A stretch of DNA of 64,000 nt. Origin: Vicinamibacteria bacterium (GTDB lineage Bacteria; Acidobacteriota; Vicinamibacteria; Marinacidobacterales; Marinacidobacteraceae). Positions 1 to 9,149 of the stretch are shown piece by piece. Position 1 is the first letter of the stretch, and each line of letters starts with the position of its first letter. The position numbers were made by a program, and so were the translations under genes. The stretch lies in NCBI GenBank assembly GCA_964291235.2, contig OZ219816.1, positions 416,001 through 480,000 on the forward strand, read 5' to 3'. The notes beneath the pieces were generated by a model, which was given only the letters and a program-made list of their open reading frames with translations, made no database searches and was not told where the DNA came from.

Positions 1-446
1 AGCCGGTGTTTCATCAGCGTGGCGACCACGCTCTGGGAGTTCACGCCGCGAATCGCGTTCAGTTCGGGCACCGTGACCGGTTGCCGGTAGGCGATGACCG
101 CGAGCGCCTCGAGCGCCGCCTCGGTCAGGGCCTGCTCCCGCTTCGGAGCGATGAGGCGCTCGATGGCCTCCCCCCACTCCAGCCGGGTGGTGAGCTGGAA
201 GCCGCCCGCGATGCGGGCGAGCCGGAGTCCGGATTCGAAGGCCGAATACCGCGTTTCCAGAGCGGCGAGGGCCGCGTGCACGGCCTGCTGGTCGGTGTCG
301 AGCACTTCCGCCAGCCGCTCGGCGGTGACCGGCGCCCCGTGCGAAAAGAGCAGCGCCTCCAGCGCGCCGGCGAGCCGTTCCCCGTCCAGGACGGGAGCGG
401 CCGCCGCTTCCGCGTCCGGGGCGGGGACTGTCTCGGACACCGGCAT
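1..446 (-). CDS. scpB: SMC-Scp complex subunit ScpB (3' end runs off the window)
   Basis: Not in the ORF track. Hand translation from ATG at 446 gives MPVSETVPAP...LEALLFSHGAPV...IAGGFQLTT...AALEALAVIAYRQPVTVPELNAIRGVNS. Overlaps the scpA stop (TGATG). Confidence 0.93.
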   Translation of the reverse strand, partial: MPVSETVPAPDAEAAAAPVLDGERLAGALEALLFSHGAPVTAERLAEVLDTDQQAVHAALAALETRYSAFESGLRLARIAGGFQLTTRLEWGEAIERLIAPKREQALTEAALEALAVIAYRQPVTVPELNAIRGVNSQSVVATLMKHR

Positions 447-1276
447 CACTCGGGCGCCAGCCCCGCGATGCGGATCGGGCCGAAGTTTTCCTCCTGGGCC
501 ACCGAGATCCGGCGCCCGCGCGCCAGTTCCAGAATCGCCAGGAACGCGGCGACCAGGGTTCCGCGATCCACGTTGCCCTCGATCACCTCGAAGAGCAGCT
601 CCTCGAAGTCCTGTTCGACGCCGGGGGGCACCGCCGCCTCGATGCGTCGGATCAGCACCGCCATGGAAATCCGGCGCTGGGGAATGGGCACCCGGGGGCG
701 CGAACGCGCGCGGACGACGACGCGCCGAAACGCCTCGACCACCGCGAAGAGGTCCACCTGCAGCAGGGTTTCCCGCTCGGCGGCCTCCGCGTCACCGGCC
801 ACCACATCGGTCTCCACGAAGCCCAGCGAGGGCCGCCGGACCCACACCGAACGGCGCGCCTCGAGACTCTCCCGCAACTGGCGGGCCGCCTCCTGGTAGC
901 GCTCGTAGTCGCGGAGACGGTCCTCGAGTTCGGCGAGCGGGTCCGCCTCCGATCCCGAGACCGCCGGAACGGGCCGGGGGAGCAGGCGCCGCGCCTTGAT
1001 GCGAAGCAGCGCGGTCGCCATCTTGAGGAACTCGGACCCCACGCGGAGGTCCAGCATCTCGAGCAGTTCGAGGGTCTCCAGGTACTGCCGGGTGATGGAA
1101 GCGATCTCGATCCGCAGCGGATCGGCGTGGCCTTCCCGCACCATGCGGAGGAGCAGCTCCAGCGGTCCGTCGAATCCGTCTTCCGCGGGGGCGTCGTCAC
1201 CACCGTCGAAGCGGATGTGAAACCCCTGACCGGGGATCCCGAGTCCGGTCTCGGGCTGGTAGAGGACCGCTTTCAT
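446..1276 (-). CDS. scpA: Segregation and condensation protein ScpA
   Basis: FDGPLELLL...IEIASITRQYL...EFLKMATALLRIKARRLLP and C-terminal FLAILELAR...QEENFGPI motifs; upstream of scpB. Confidence 0.92.
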   Translation of the reverse strand: MKAVLYQPETGLGIPGQGFHIRFDGGDDAPAEDGFDGPLELLLRMVREGHADPLRIEIASITRQYLETLELLEMLDLRVGSEFLKMATALLRIKARRLLPRPVPAVSGSEADPLAELEDRLRDYERYQEAARQLRESLEARRSVWVRRPSLGFVETDVVAGDAEAAERETLLQVDLFAVVEAFRRVVVRARSRPRVPIPQRRISMAVLIRRIEAAVPPGVEQDFEELLFEVIEGNVDRGTLVAAFLAILELARGRRISVAQEENFGPIRIAGLAPE

Positions 1277-1286
1277 CCGATCGGTT

Positions 1287-2306
1287 TCAGGCGACCGGCA
1301 GGCGCACCGCGGCGCGCACCCGCTCCATCGTGGCGCCGGCCGCCTCGGACGCTTCCCGCCTGCCGGCGACCAGGACGTCCCGCACGTCGTCGGGACGCTT
1401 TTCGTATTCCCGCCGCCGCTCGCCGATGGGCGCCACCTCGGCCACCAGGTGGTCGGCCAGCGCGTTCTTGCACTGGATGCAGCCGATCTCCGCCGACCGG
1501 CATCCCTGGGCGGCCCAGTCCTTCGTCTTCTCGTCGGAGAAGATGCGATGAAGATCGAAGACGGGACACTTCGCCGGATCTCCGGGATCCTTGAGCCGCT
1601 TGCGGGCCGGATCGGTCATCATCGTCTTCAGCTTCTTCCGGACCGAGCCCTCGTCCTCGGCGACGCCGATGACGTTGCCGTAGCTCTTGGACATCTTCCG
1701 GCCGTCGGTTCCGGGCAGGCGGGGCGACGGGGTAAGCCGAACATCGGGCTCCCTGAGCACCTTGCCGTAGAACTGGTTGAACCGGCGCGCGATTTCGCGG
1801 GTGAGTTCCACGTGCGGCTTCTGGTCCTCGCCGACCGGAACCACCGCGGCGTCGTACATGAGGATGTCCGCGGCCTGGAGCACCGGATATCCCAGGAATC
1901 CGTAGGTGAAGAGGTCCTTCTCCTTCAGCTCCTTGATCTGTTCCTTGTAGGTCGGAACCCGCTCCAGCCAGCCAAGCGGGACGACCATGGAGAGGAGCAG
2001 GTGGAGTTCGGCGTGCTCGGGAACCTGGGACTGCACGAACAGGGTGCAGCGCTTCGGATCGAGCCCCACCGCCAGCCAGTCGGTGGCGATCTCGAGGGTG
2101 CTGTGCCGGAGGTCGCTGGTATCCCGGTAGTCGGTGGTGAGCGCGTGCCAATCCACGATGCAGTAGAACGCGTCGAACTGGTCCTGCATCGCCACCCAGT
2201 TGCGGTAGGCGCCCACCAGGTGTCCGAGGTGCGAGGACCCGGTGGGCCGCATCCCGGAGAGGAGGCGCGGGCGCCCGCTTCGTGGTTTGGGTTCGTTGTC
2301 AGGCAT
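1287..2306 (-). CDS. trpS: Tryptophan--tRNA ligase
   Basis: SGMRPTG..HLGH, YPVLQAADIL, VPVGEDQ and KMSKS motifs. Confidence 0.97.
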   Translation of the reverse strand: MPDNEPKPRSGRPRLLSGMRPTGSSHLGHLVGAYRNWVAMQDQFDAFYCIVDWHALTTDYRDTSDLRHSTLEIATDWLAVGLDPKRCTLFVQSQVPEHAELHLLLSMVVPLGWLERVPTYKEQIKELKEKDLFTYGFLGYPVLQAADILMYDAAVVPVGEDQKPHVELTREIARRFNQFYGKVLREPDVRLTPSPRLPGTDGRKMSKSYGNVIGVAEDEGSVRKKLKTMMTDPARKRLKDPGDPAKCPVFDLHRIFSDEKTKDWAAQGCRSAEIGCIQCKNALADHLVAEVAPIGERRREYEKRPDDVRDVLVAGRREASEAAGATMERVRAAVRLPVA

Positions 2307-2320
2307 GAGCCGTCGGCATT

Positions 2321-4153
2321 CTACGGGCCACCGGCCACGTCCGGCGGATGCAGGAGGGCGTGGAGCCGCTTCGCGAGCGCCGGGCCGACCGTCTCGGCGA
2401 GGTCCGTCTCGGACGCCTCGGTCACCTGCCGCAGACTGCCGAAGCGGGTGAGCAGCGCCTGGCGGCGGCGCGGGCCGATGCCCGGCACCCCGTCGAGGGC
2501 GGAACGCAGCGTCTCCGCCCGGCGGCTCTTGCGGTGGAAGGTGATCGCGAACCGGTGGGCCTCGTCCCGGGCCCTTTGCAGGAGATGGAGCGCCGGGGAG
2601 TTCCGCGGCAGCCGGAGCGGCTCGGGCGCGCCGGGCAGGAAGATCTCCTCCTCCCGCTTCGCGAGCCCGGCGTGCGGAATGTGGGTGAGTCCGAGGTCGT
2701 GCAGGGCGGCGGCGGCCGAACTGAGCTGTCCGCGGCCTCCGTCCACCAGGATCAGGTCCGGCAGCTCCTGCCCCTCGGTCAGCACCCGCCGGTAGCGGCG
2801 GAGCACGACCTCGCGCATCGAGGCGTAGTCGTCGGGCTTTCCCCGCACGGTGCGAATGCGGAACCTCCGGTACGCCGAGGGAAGCGGTTCGCCGCGCTCG
2901 AACACCACCATGGAAGCCACCACCTGACGCCCACCCAGGTTGGAAATGTCGAACGCCTCGATCCGGCGGGGCTCGGCGGGGAGTTCGAGGGCCTCCTTGA
3001 GCGCCCGGACCCGGGCGGCGGCCTTCCTGCCCGCCTCCCGAAAATCGAGATCGAAGGCGAGACGGGCGTTCCGGCAGACCAGGTCCACCATGCGCCGGCG
3101 GGATCCCTTGACGGGAACGTGGACCTCAACGCGTCCACCGCGCTTTTCCGCGAGCCACTCGGCGATCAGCTCGCGTTCGGGGAAGTCGAGCGGCGATTCG
3201 ATGCGGGGAGGCGGCAGTCGCCCCATCTCGTAGAACTGTTTCATCGCCGCTTCCACCAGCCCCGCATCGTCCACCGGCGGCAGGTCGGAAAGCGAAAACG
3301 TGTCCCGGTCCACCACCTTGCCGGCCCGGACCAGAAAGACCTGCAACTGGGCGCGATCACCCTCCCGATGGAGGCCGAACACGTCGCGGGCCTTCCCTTC
3401 GGCGGCGGCCATCTTCTGGCGGTCGTTCAACTCGGCAAGCAGCTTCAGGCTGTCCCGCAGGCGGGCCGCCTCCTCGAAGCGTTCCGCTTCGGCCTCCTCG
3501 CGCATCTGCCGGGTCAGCGACGTGGAGAGTTCGTTCGTTCGTCCGAGCAGGAAGAGCCGGGCGGATTCCGACGCCTTCCGGTATTCGTCCACCGAGCAGA
3601 TGGAGTCCACGCAGGGCGCGATGCAGCGGCGGATCTGGTACTGGAGGCAGGGGCGCGGGCGCTTTCCGTTGAGCTGCTCACGGCAGTTGCGGATGCCGAA
3701 GAGCCGGTGGACGAGACTCATGCTCCGGCGGGCGAGGCTCGCCGGGAAATAGGGACCCGCGTAGGCGGCTCCGTCGGCGCCGGCGCCGCGGACGATGTGA
3801 ACCCGCGGGTACTGCTCGTTCATCGTGAGCCGGACGAGCGGCGGGTTCTTGTCGTCCCGGAGCAGGATGTTGTAGCGGGGACGCCTCGTCTTGATCAGGT
3901 TGTTCTCGAGGTGCAGCGCTTCCCTGGCGGAGTCGGTAAGCACCACCTCGATGTCGGCGATCTGGGACAGCAGGTTGCTCTTCCTGGCGTCCGGCGGCGG
4001 GGTGCGGAAGTGCGAGAGGACTCTCGCCTTCACCGAGGCGGCCTTGCCCACGTAGAGCGTCTTTCCCTCTGCCGAGCGGAAAAGATAGACCCCGGCGCTC
4101 TCGGGGAGCAGCGCGATCTTGTTCTCAAGACCGGCAGGAGAACCGGCCGTCAT
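2321..4153 (-). CDS. uvrC: Excinuclease ABC subunit C
   Basis: GIY-YIG N-terminus (GVYLF..LYVGKA), RIEAFDISN, PDLILVDGGRGQL, RDEAHRFA, C-terminal HhH. Confidence 0.97.
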   Translation of the reverse strand: MTAGSPAGLENKIALLPESAGVYLFRSAEGKTLYVGKAASVKARVLSHFRTPPPDARKSNLLSQIADIEVVLTDSAREALHLENNLIKTRRPRYNILLRDDKNPPLVRLTMNEQYPRVHIVRGAGADGAAYAGPYFPASLARRSMSLVHRLFGIRNCREQLNGKRPRPCLQYQIRRCIAPCVDSICSVDEYRKASESARLFLLGRTNELSTSLTRQMREEAEAERFEEAARLRDSLKLLAELNDRQKMAAAEGKARDVFGLHREGDRAQLQVFLVRAGKVVDRDTFSLSDLPPVDDAGLVEAAMKQFYEMGRLPPPRIESPLDFPERELIAEWLAEKRGGRVEVHVPVKGSRRRMVDLVCRNARLAFDLDFREAGRKAAARVRALKEALELPAEPRRIEAFDISNLGGRQVVASMVVFERGEPLPSAYRRFRIRTVRGKPDDYASMREVVLRRYRRVLTEGQELPDLILVDGGRGQLSSAAAALHDLGLTHIPHAGLAKREEEIFLPGAPEPLRLPRNSPALHLLQRARDEAHRFAITFHRKSRRAETLRSALDGVPGIGPRRRQALLTRFGSLRQVTEASETDLAETVGPALAKRLHALLHPPDVAGGP

Positions 4154-4204
4154 TTGGCCGAATTGTAGGATGCCCGGCCCTCTGGACTACCAGAAAGGAA
4201 TCGC

Positions 4205-5176
4205 ATGCCCCAAGCCATCCGCATCGAACAACCCGGCGGCCCGGAGGTGATGACCCTCGGTTCCGTCCCCGAAGCCGCCCCCGGCCCCGGCGAAGCCCTC
4301 GTCCGGGTCGAGGCCGCCGGCGTCAACTTCATCGACACGTACCACCGCACCGGGCTCTACCCCGTCCCCACGCCGTTCACCCCGGGGGTGGAGGGCGCCG
4401 GAGTCGTCGAGGCGGTGGGATCCGGCGTCTCGGACCTCGCTCCCGGAGACCGGGTGGGCTGGGTGATGCAGATGGGCAGCTACGCCCAGCAGGCGGTGCG
4501 CCCGGCGGCGAAGCTGGTCCGGCTGCCGGACGGGGTCACGACGACCCAGGCCGCCGCCGCGCTCCTCCAGGGAATGACCGCGCACTACCTGGTCCGCTCC
4601 ACGTTCCGGGTGCAGTCGGGGATGCCGGTGCTGGTCCACGCCGCGGCGGGCGGGATGGGTCTGCTGCTCTGCCAGATGTGCCGGGCGCTCGGAGCCCGGG
4701 TCTTCGGCACCGTGAGCACGGAGGCAAAGGCGAAGGCGGCCCGCGCCGCCGGCGCCGACCACGTGATCCGCTACACCGAGGAGGACTTCGCGGAGGTGAT
4801 TCGCGAAGAACTCGGAGACAAGCAACTCGCGGTCGCCTACGACTCGGTGGGCGAGACGACCTGGCGGAAGAGTCTCGAACTGCTCCGGCCGCGCGGGATG
4901 CTCGTCCTCTACGGCCAGTCGGCCGGCCCGGTGCCGCCGATCGATCCCCTGCTGCTGGCCCAGCACGGGTCCCTGTTCGTTACCCGGCCCACCCTCGCCA
5001 ACTACGCCGCCACCACCGACGAGCTTCGCTGGCGCGCCGGGGAGGTCCTGGACGCCGTCGCGGACGGCCGGCTCCAGCTCACCATCGACCGCGAGCTCCC
5101 CCTGGCCCAGGCCGCCGAGGCCCACCGCCTCCTCGAGGGCCGCGCCACCATGGGCAAGCTCATCCTGCGGCCTTAG
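4205..5176 (+). CDS. qor: NADPH:quinone oxidoreductase (zeta-crystallin/MDR family)
   Basis: GGPEVM, GVNFIDTYHRTGLY, LVHAAAGGMG, YDSVG, GSLFVTRPTL. Confidence 0.9.
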   Translation: MPQAIRIEQPGGPEVMTLGSVPEAAPGPGEALVRVEAAGVNFIDTYHRTGLYPVPTPFTPGVEGAGVVEAVGSGVSDLAPGDRVGWVMQMGSYAQQAVRPAAKLVRLPDGVTTTQAAAALLQGMTAHYLVRSTFRVQSGMPVLVHAAAGGMGLLLCQMCRALGARVFGTVSTEAKAKAARAAGADHVIRYTEEDFAEVIREELGDKQLAVAYDSVGETTWRKSLELLRPRGMLVLYGQSAGPVPPIDPLLLAQHGSLFVTRPTLANYAATTDELRWRAGEVLDAVADGRLQLTIDRELPLAQAAEAHRLLEGRATMGKLILRP

Positions 5177-5180
5177 GTTG

Positions 5181-5400
5181 GGAGCGCCGGCCTCCGGCCG
5201 GCATGGTGGCGCAGAGCGAGCGGGGTCGCGTATCGCCGCCAGCACGCAAGCGCGGGCGACCGCACGGGAACGCCGACCTCCAGGCCGGTTCTCCGGGTGG
5301 GGGCCGGCACAGCCCGCCGCAGGCGGGCGGCGGGACGGAACCCCCAGCGCCACGATGGCTCCCTCTCGGCGGGCATCCCCTCGGGAAAACGTCGCACAGG
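5181..5400. repeat. REP-like palindrome cluster (GGAGCGCCGGCCTCCGGCCGGCAT at 5181 and a variant at 5267), with a module shared with 35790-36035
   Basis: GCCGGCC-TCC-GGCCGGC hairpin. The segment GCCGGCACAGCCCGCCGCAGGCGGGCGGCGGG recurs inverted near 35930-35965. Confidence 0.75.
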
Positions 5401-5482
5401 CACGGGGCTAACGCTCCTCCCGAGCCGAGTCGACGTCAACCGCGCATCCGCCGCCCGACCCCTTCGGCCGGCATGCGCGTGG

Positions 5483-5555
5483 TATCGTCGTTCGACGACA
5501 ATACTAGAATATCTGCGAACTGCGACATAACAGTGTATGTCGTTGTTCGCTGACA
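5483..5555. promoter_or_regulatory. Three 18-bp imperfect palindromes, putative HipB operators
   Basis: TATCGTCGTTCGACGACA (5483), TATCTGCGAACTGCGACA (5510), TGTCGTTGTTCGCTGACA (5538), in an AT-richer stretch upstream of hipB. Same length as E. coli HipB operators TATCC-N8-GGATA. Confidence 0.7.
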
Positions 5556-5573
5556 CCAAGCGAGGCTCTCTTC

Positions 5574-5840
5574 ATGTTCGTTCGTTCCGCCCGCACGCTT
5601 GGAGTGCTGCTGCGCGAGCAACGCCGCCGGCGCGGGCTGACCCAGGCGCAGCTTGCCCGCCGGGCGGGAGTGAGCCGACAGTGGTTGAACGGCGTCGAAA
5701 GGGGTCGGGAAGGCGCTGAACTCGGCCTCGTTCTCCGCACGTTGGCGAGCGCTGGAATCGTCGTGAAGTTTGAGGAACGCCCTTCCGCCGGAGTGAACCT
5801 GGACGCCGTCATCGAGGCCCATCGGTCGGAAGTGGAATGA
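5574..5840 (+). CDS. hipB: HipB-like Xre HTH antitoxin
   Basis: GLTQAQLARRAGVSRQWLNGVERG HTH; ATGA overlap with hipA. Confidence 0.85.
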   Translation: MFVRSARTLGVLLREQRRRRGLTQAQLARRAGVSRQWLNGVERGREGAELGLVLRTLASAGIVVKFEERPSAGVNLDAVIEAHRSEVE

Positions 5841-7105
5841 CCGAGCTCGCGGTGGTCGCGAACCGGCGTCGCCTGGGGACCTTGACGCGCTCGCGAGGCG
5901 GCGACCTTTCCTTCGTCTACCTGAAGCAGTGGCGGCAGGACCCGGATGCCTTTCCGCTCTCGCTCTCCATGCCACTTCGAGCCGATCCATACCCGCGCGC
6001 CTCCGTCGAGCCGTGGCTCGCCGGCCTCCTCCCCGATGACGAAGACGTGCTGCGCGCCTGGAGTTCTCGTTTTCAGGTCTCGCGCCGAAACGTCTTTGGC
6101 CTGCTGAGCGAGGTGGGCGAGGACTGCGCGGGCGCGGTGCAGTTCGTGCGGCCCCAGCGACTCGACGAGTTTCTTGACGCCGGTCCGCAATCGGTCGAGT
6201 GGCTCACGGAGGAGATGGTGGGGCATCGGCTTGCGGAACTGCGCTTGGACCCTGCGCTCGGCCGCCGCCCCGACGATGCCGGGCGGTTCTCGTTGCCCGG
6301 GGTCCAACCGAAGACGGCGCTGCTCTTCGAAGATGGCCGCTGGGGACTTCCCGCCGGCGCAACGCCGACGACCCACATCCTGAAACCTCAAAACCCCCGC
6401 TTTTCCGGACTCGTTGAGAATGAGCATCTCTGCCTGCGGCTCGCGCGGGCGGCGGGCCTTCCGGCGGCGTCAACCCGGATCGAACGTTTCGGGGACCAAC
6501 TCGCCCTGGTGGTGACCCGGTACGACCGCCGGCGCATCGGCCCGGAGTGGGTCCGCCTCCATCAGGAGGACTTCTGCCAGGCGCTCGGCGTGCCGCCCGA
6601 ACGCAAGTACCAGAACGAAGGGGGCCCCACGGTGCGCACGATGCTCGACCTCGTCCGCGCGGAATCAGCGCAGCCCGACGAGGACGCCCAGACCCTCGCG
6701 CGCTCGATCATGCTGAACTGGATCCTCGGGGCCACCGATTCCCACGCGAAGAACTTCTCGCTACTGATGGGCTCGGCGGGACAGGTTCGCCTCGCACCCC
6801 TCTACGACATCGCGAGCTTCTTCCCCTACTCCGAAGACCCGCGGAGGCTCAAACTGTCCAATCGGGTCGGCGGCAAGTACCGGCTCCACGACATCGGGTG
6901 CCGCGAGTGGGAGCGCTTCCGCACCGAAAACGATCTCGATTGGGACACGGTGGCGGCGTGCCGCGCACTCGCCCAGAGGGTTCGGAACGTTCTCCCGGAA
7001 GCGGCCGCGGCTGGGCCGGACGCGGGGGATAAGCGGATCATCGAAGAGCTGGCGGAGCGTCTGGCGAAGCGCGCTGAAGCCGTCTCCTCCTGGCTCCGCG
7101 ACTGA
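5837..7105 (+). CDS. hipA: HipA family serine/threonine kinase toxin
   Basis: PLSLSMP, LLPD, DCAGAVQF, FSLPGVQPK, THILKP, LHQEDFCQALG, DSHAKNFS, LAPLYD. Confidence 0.95.
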   Translation: MTELAVVANRRRLGTLTRSRGGDLSFVYLKQWRQDPDAFPLSLSMPLRADPYPRASVEPWLAGLLPDDEDVLRAWSSRFQVSRRNVFGLLSEVGEDCAGAVQFVRPQRLDEFLDAGPQSVEWLTEEMVGHRLAELRLDPALGRRPDDAGRFSLPGVQPKTALLFEDGRWGLPAGATPTTHILKPQNPRFSGLVENEHLCLRLARAAGLPAASTRIERFGDQLALVVTRYDRRRIGPEWVRLHQEDFCQALGVPPERKYQNEGGPTVRTMLDLVRAESAQPDEDAQTLARSIMLNWILGATDSHAKNFSLLMGSAGQVRLAPLYDIASFFPYSEDPRRLKLSNRVGGKYRLHDIGCREWERFRTENDLDWDTVAACRALAQRVRNVLPEAAAAGPDAGDKRIIEELAERLAKRAEAVSSWLRD

Positions 7106-7215
7106 CCGGAGCCCCGGCCCGAACCGTCGTGAAACGACGGCCAGACCCGGAACCCGGTCGTAAGAGTAGGTGTCTCCCAACAGCGTAGAAGGTCGTGTCC
7201 CGTGACACCGATTCC

Positions 7216-8220
7216 AGCTCCGGTCGATAACGGCCGAGCTCCGGTCGATATCCGGGGTCGGTGGTTCCAGCTCCGGTCGATAGCGGCGAAGCTCCGGTCG
7301 ATATCCGGGGTCGGTGGTTCCAGCTCCGGTCGATAGCGGCGAAGCTCCGGTCGATATCGAGGGTCGGCGATTCCCAGCTCCGGTCGATAGCGGCCGAGCT
7401 CCGGTCGATATCCGGGATCGGTGATTCCAGCTCCGGTCGATAACGGCCGAGCTCCGGTCGATATCCGGGATCAGTGATTCCAGCTCCGGTCGATAACGGC
7501 CGAGCTCCGGTCGATATCCGGGGTCGGCGACGGCAGCTCCGGTCGATATCCGGGATCGGCGGCGGGAGCTCCGGTCGATATCCGGGGTCGGCGACGGAAG
7601 CTCCGGTCGATATCCGGGGTCGGCGGTGGCAGCTCCGGTCGATATCCGGGATCTGCGACGGGAGCTCCGGTCGATATCCGGGGTCTGTGACGGAAGCTCC
7701 GGTCGGTATCCGGGGTCGGCGGCGCCAGCTCCGGTCGATATCCGGGGTCGGCGGCGCCAGCTCCGGTCGATATCTGGGGTCGGCGACGGCAGCTCCGGTC
7801 GATATCCAGGATCGGCGACGGCAGCTCCGGTCGATATCCAGGATCGGCGGCGGCAGCTCCGGTCGATATCGGGGATCGGCAGCGGCAGCTCCGGTCGATA
7901 TCCGGGGTCGGCGACGGTAGCTCCGGTCGATATCCGGGATCGGCAGCGGTAGCTCCGGTCGATATCGGGGGTCGTGGGCGGTAGCTCCGGTCGATATCCG
8001 GGGTCGGCGGCGGGAGCTCCGGTCGATATCCGGGATCGGCGACGGCAGCTCCGGTCGATATCCGGGATCAGCGGCGGAAGCTCCGGTCGATATCCGGGAT
8101 CGGCGGCGGCAGCTCCGGTCGATATCCGGGATCAGCGGCGGAAGCTCCGGTCGATATCCGGGATCGGCGACGGCAGCTCCGGTCGATATCCGGGGTCTGT
8201 GACGGAAGCTCCGGTCGATA
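7216..8220. repeat. Tandem array of 34 copies of the core AGCTCCGGTCGATA: alternating 21/32-bp units (7216-7502), then a strict 32-bp period (7503-8220)
   Basis: Core starts counted at 7216, 7237, 7269, 7290, 7322, 7343, 7376, 7397, 7429, 7450, 7482, then 7503+32n to 8207. One core variant at 7695. Confidence 0.97.
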
Positions 8221-8341
8221 ACGAGGGCCTGCCGTTTCAAGCAGCGCGCCCGATTCCGGGGTGCAACGCGGAGATCGAGCCGGTAAATTCTCGTAGTCGC
8301 GGCAGACCGCCGGCGGGGTGCCGGGCCGCGAGGTGGGCGAC

Positions 8342-9100
8342 ATGTCCAAGCGGAAGGCGGTGATGATCATGGGAGCGGCAGGAGCCGGAGTGCTGCTGTT
8401 CAGCGCGGGAGCGCAGGCCCAGGCGCACTGGGGATACGAGGGAGCGGAAGGCCCCGAGCACTGGGGCTCGCTCGATCCCGGGTTCGCCGCCTGCAGTGAC
8501 GGACGGGAGCAGTCGCCGATCGATCTCACGGGCGCCGAACCGGGAGCCCTGTCCGAGATCGCCTTCGACTACGCGCCGAGTCCCATCTCCATCCTGAACA
8601 ACGGCCACACGATCCAGGTTGACTACCAGCCGGGGAGCGCCATCGTCCTCGACGGGACGCGCTACGGGCTGGTCCAGTTCCATTTCCACCACCGGAGCGA
8701 GCACACCGTGGACGGCGCCGACTTTCCCCTGGAGATGCACCTGGTCCATGCCAGTGCGGACGGGGCGCTCGCCGTAGTCGGCGTGTTCCTGGAGGAGGGG
8801 GAAGCGAACGAGGCGCTCGCGCCGGTCTGGCGAGGGCTGCCGGCGGAGCCGGGCCCCGCCGCGATCATCGAGGGATCGCTGGACGCGAACGCGCTGCTTC
8901 CGGAACGGCGGACGACGTGGCGTTACGCAGGTTCGCTCACCACGCCGCCCTGCACGGAGGGCGTCTCATGGCTGGTGATGACGGATCCGGTGACGGCTTC
9001 GAGCGAACAGATCGAGGCGTTCCGCACGCTCTTCCCGGTCAACAACCGCCCAGTGCAGCCGTTGAACGGACGCCGGCTGGTGACCGACCGGGCGGGTTGA
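8342..9100 (+). CDS. Exported alpha-class carbonic anhydrase
   Basis: Signal peptide ending AQA, HWGYEG..GPEHWG, QSPID, NNGHT, Zn ligands QFHFH..SEH and EMHLVH, GSLTTPPCTEGV, NNRPVQP. Start chosen at ATG 8342. Confidence 0.95.
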   Translation: MSKRKAVMIMGAAGAGVLLFSAGAQAQAHWGYEGAEGPEHWGSLDPGFAACSDGREQSPIDLTGAEPGALSEIAFDYAPSPISILNNGHTIQVDYQPGSAIVLDGTRYGLVQFHFHHRSEHTVDGADFPLEMHLVHASADGALAVVGVFLEEGEANEALAPVWRGLPAEPGPAAIIEGSLDANALLPERRTTWRYAGSLTTPPCTEGVSWLVMTDPVTASSEQIEAFRTLFPVNNRPVQPLNGRRLVTDRAG

Positions 9101-9149
9101 GGGGCCGGACGCGCTCGCGCACGCCTTGGGGAGAACAGGTTCGGGAGGA

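Noticed and set aside
7216-8220. CRISPR array or TIGR-like guide array
   Set aside because: Core is only 14 bp, linkers (7-19 bp) are variants of one another rather than unique spacers, and no cas or Nop-domain gene is present
7038-8240. 400-aa repeat ORF on the minus strand
   Set aside because: The 32-bp period cycles through all frames, the start is TTG without a clear RBS, and it overlaps the hipA end. It is probably open only because the unit lacks stops.
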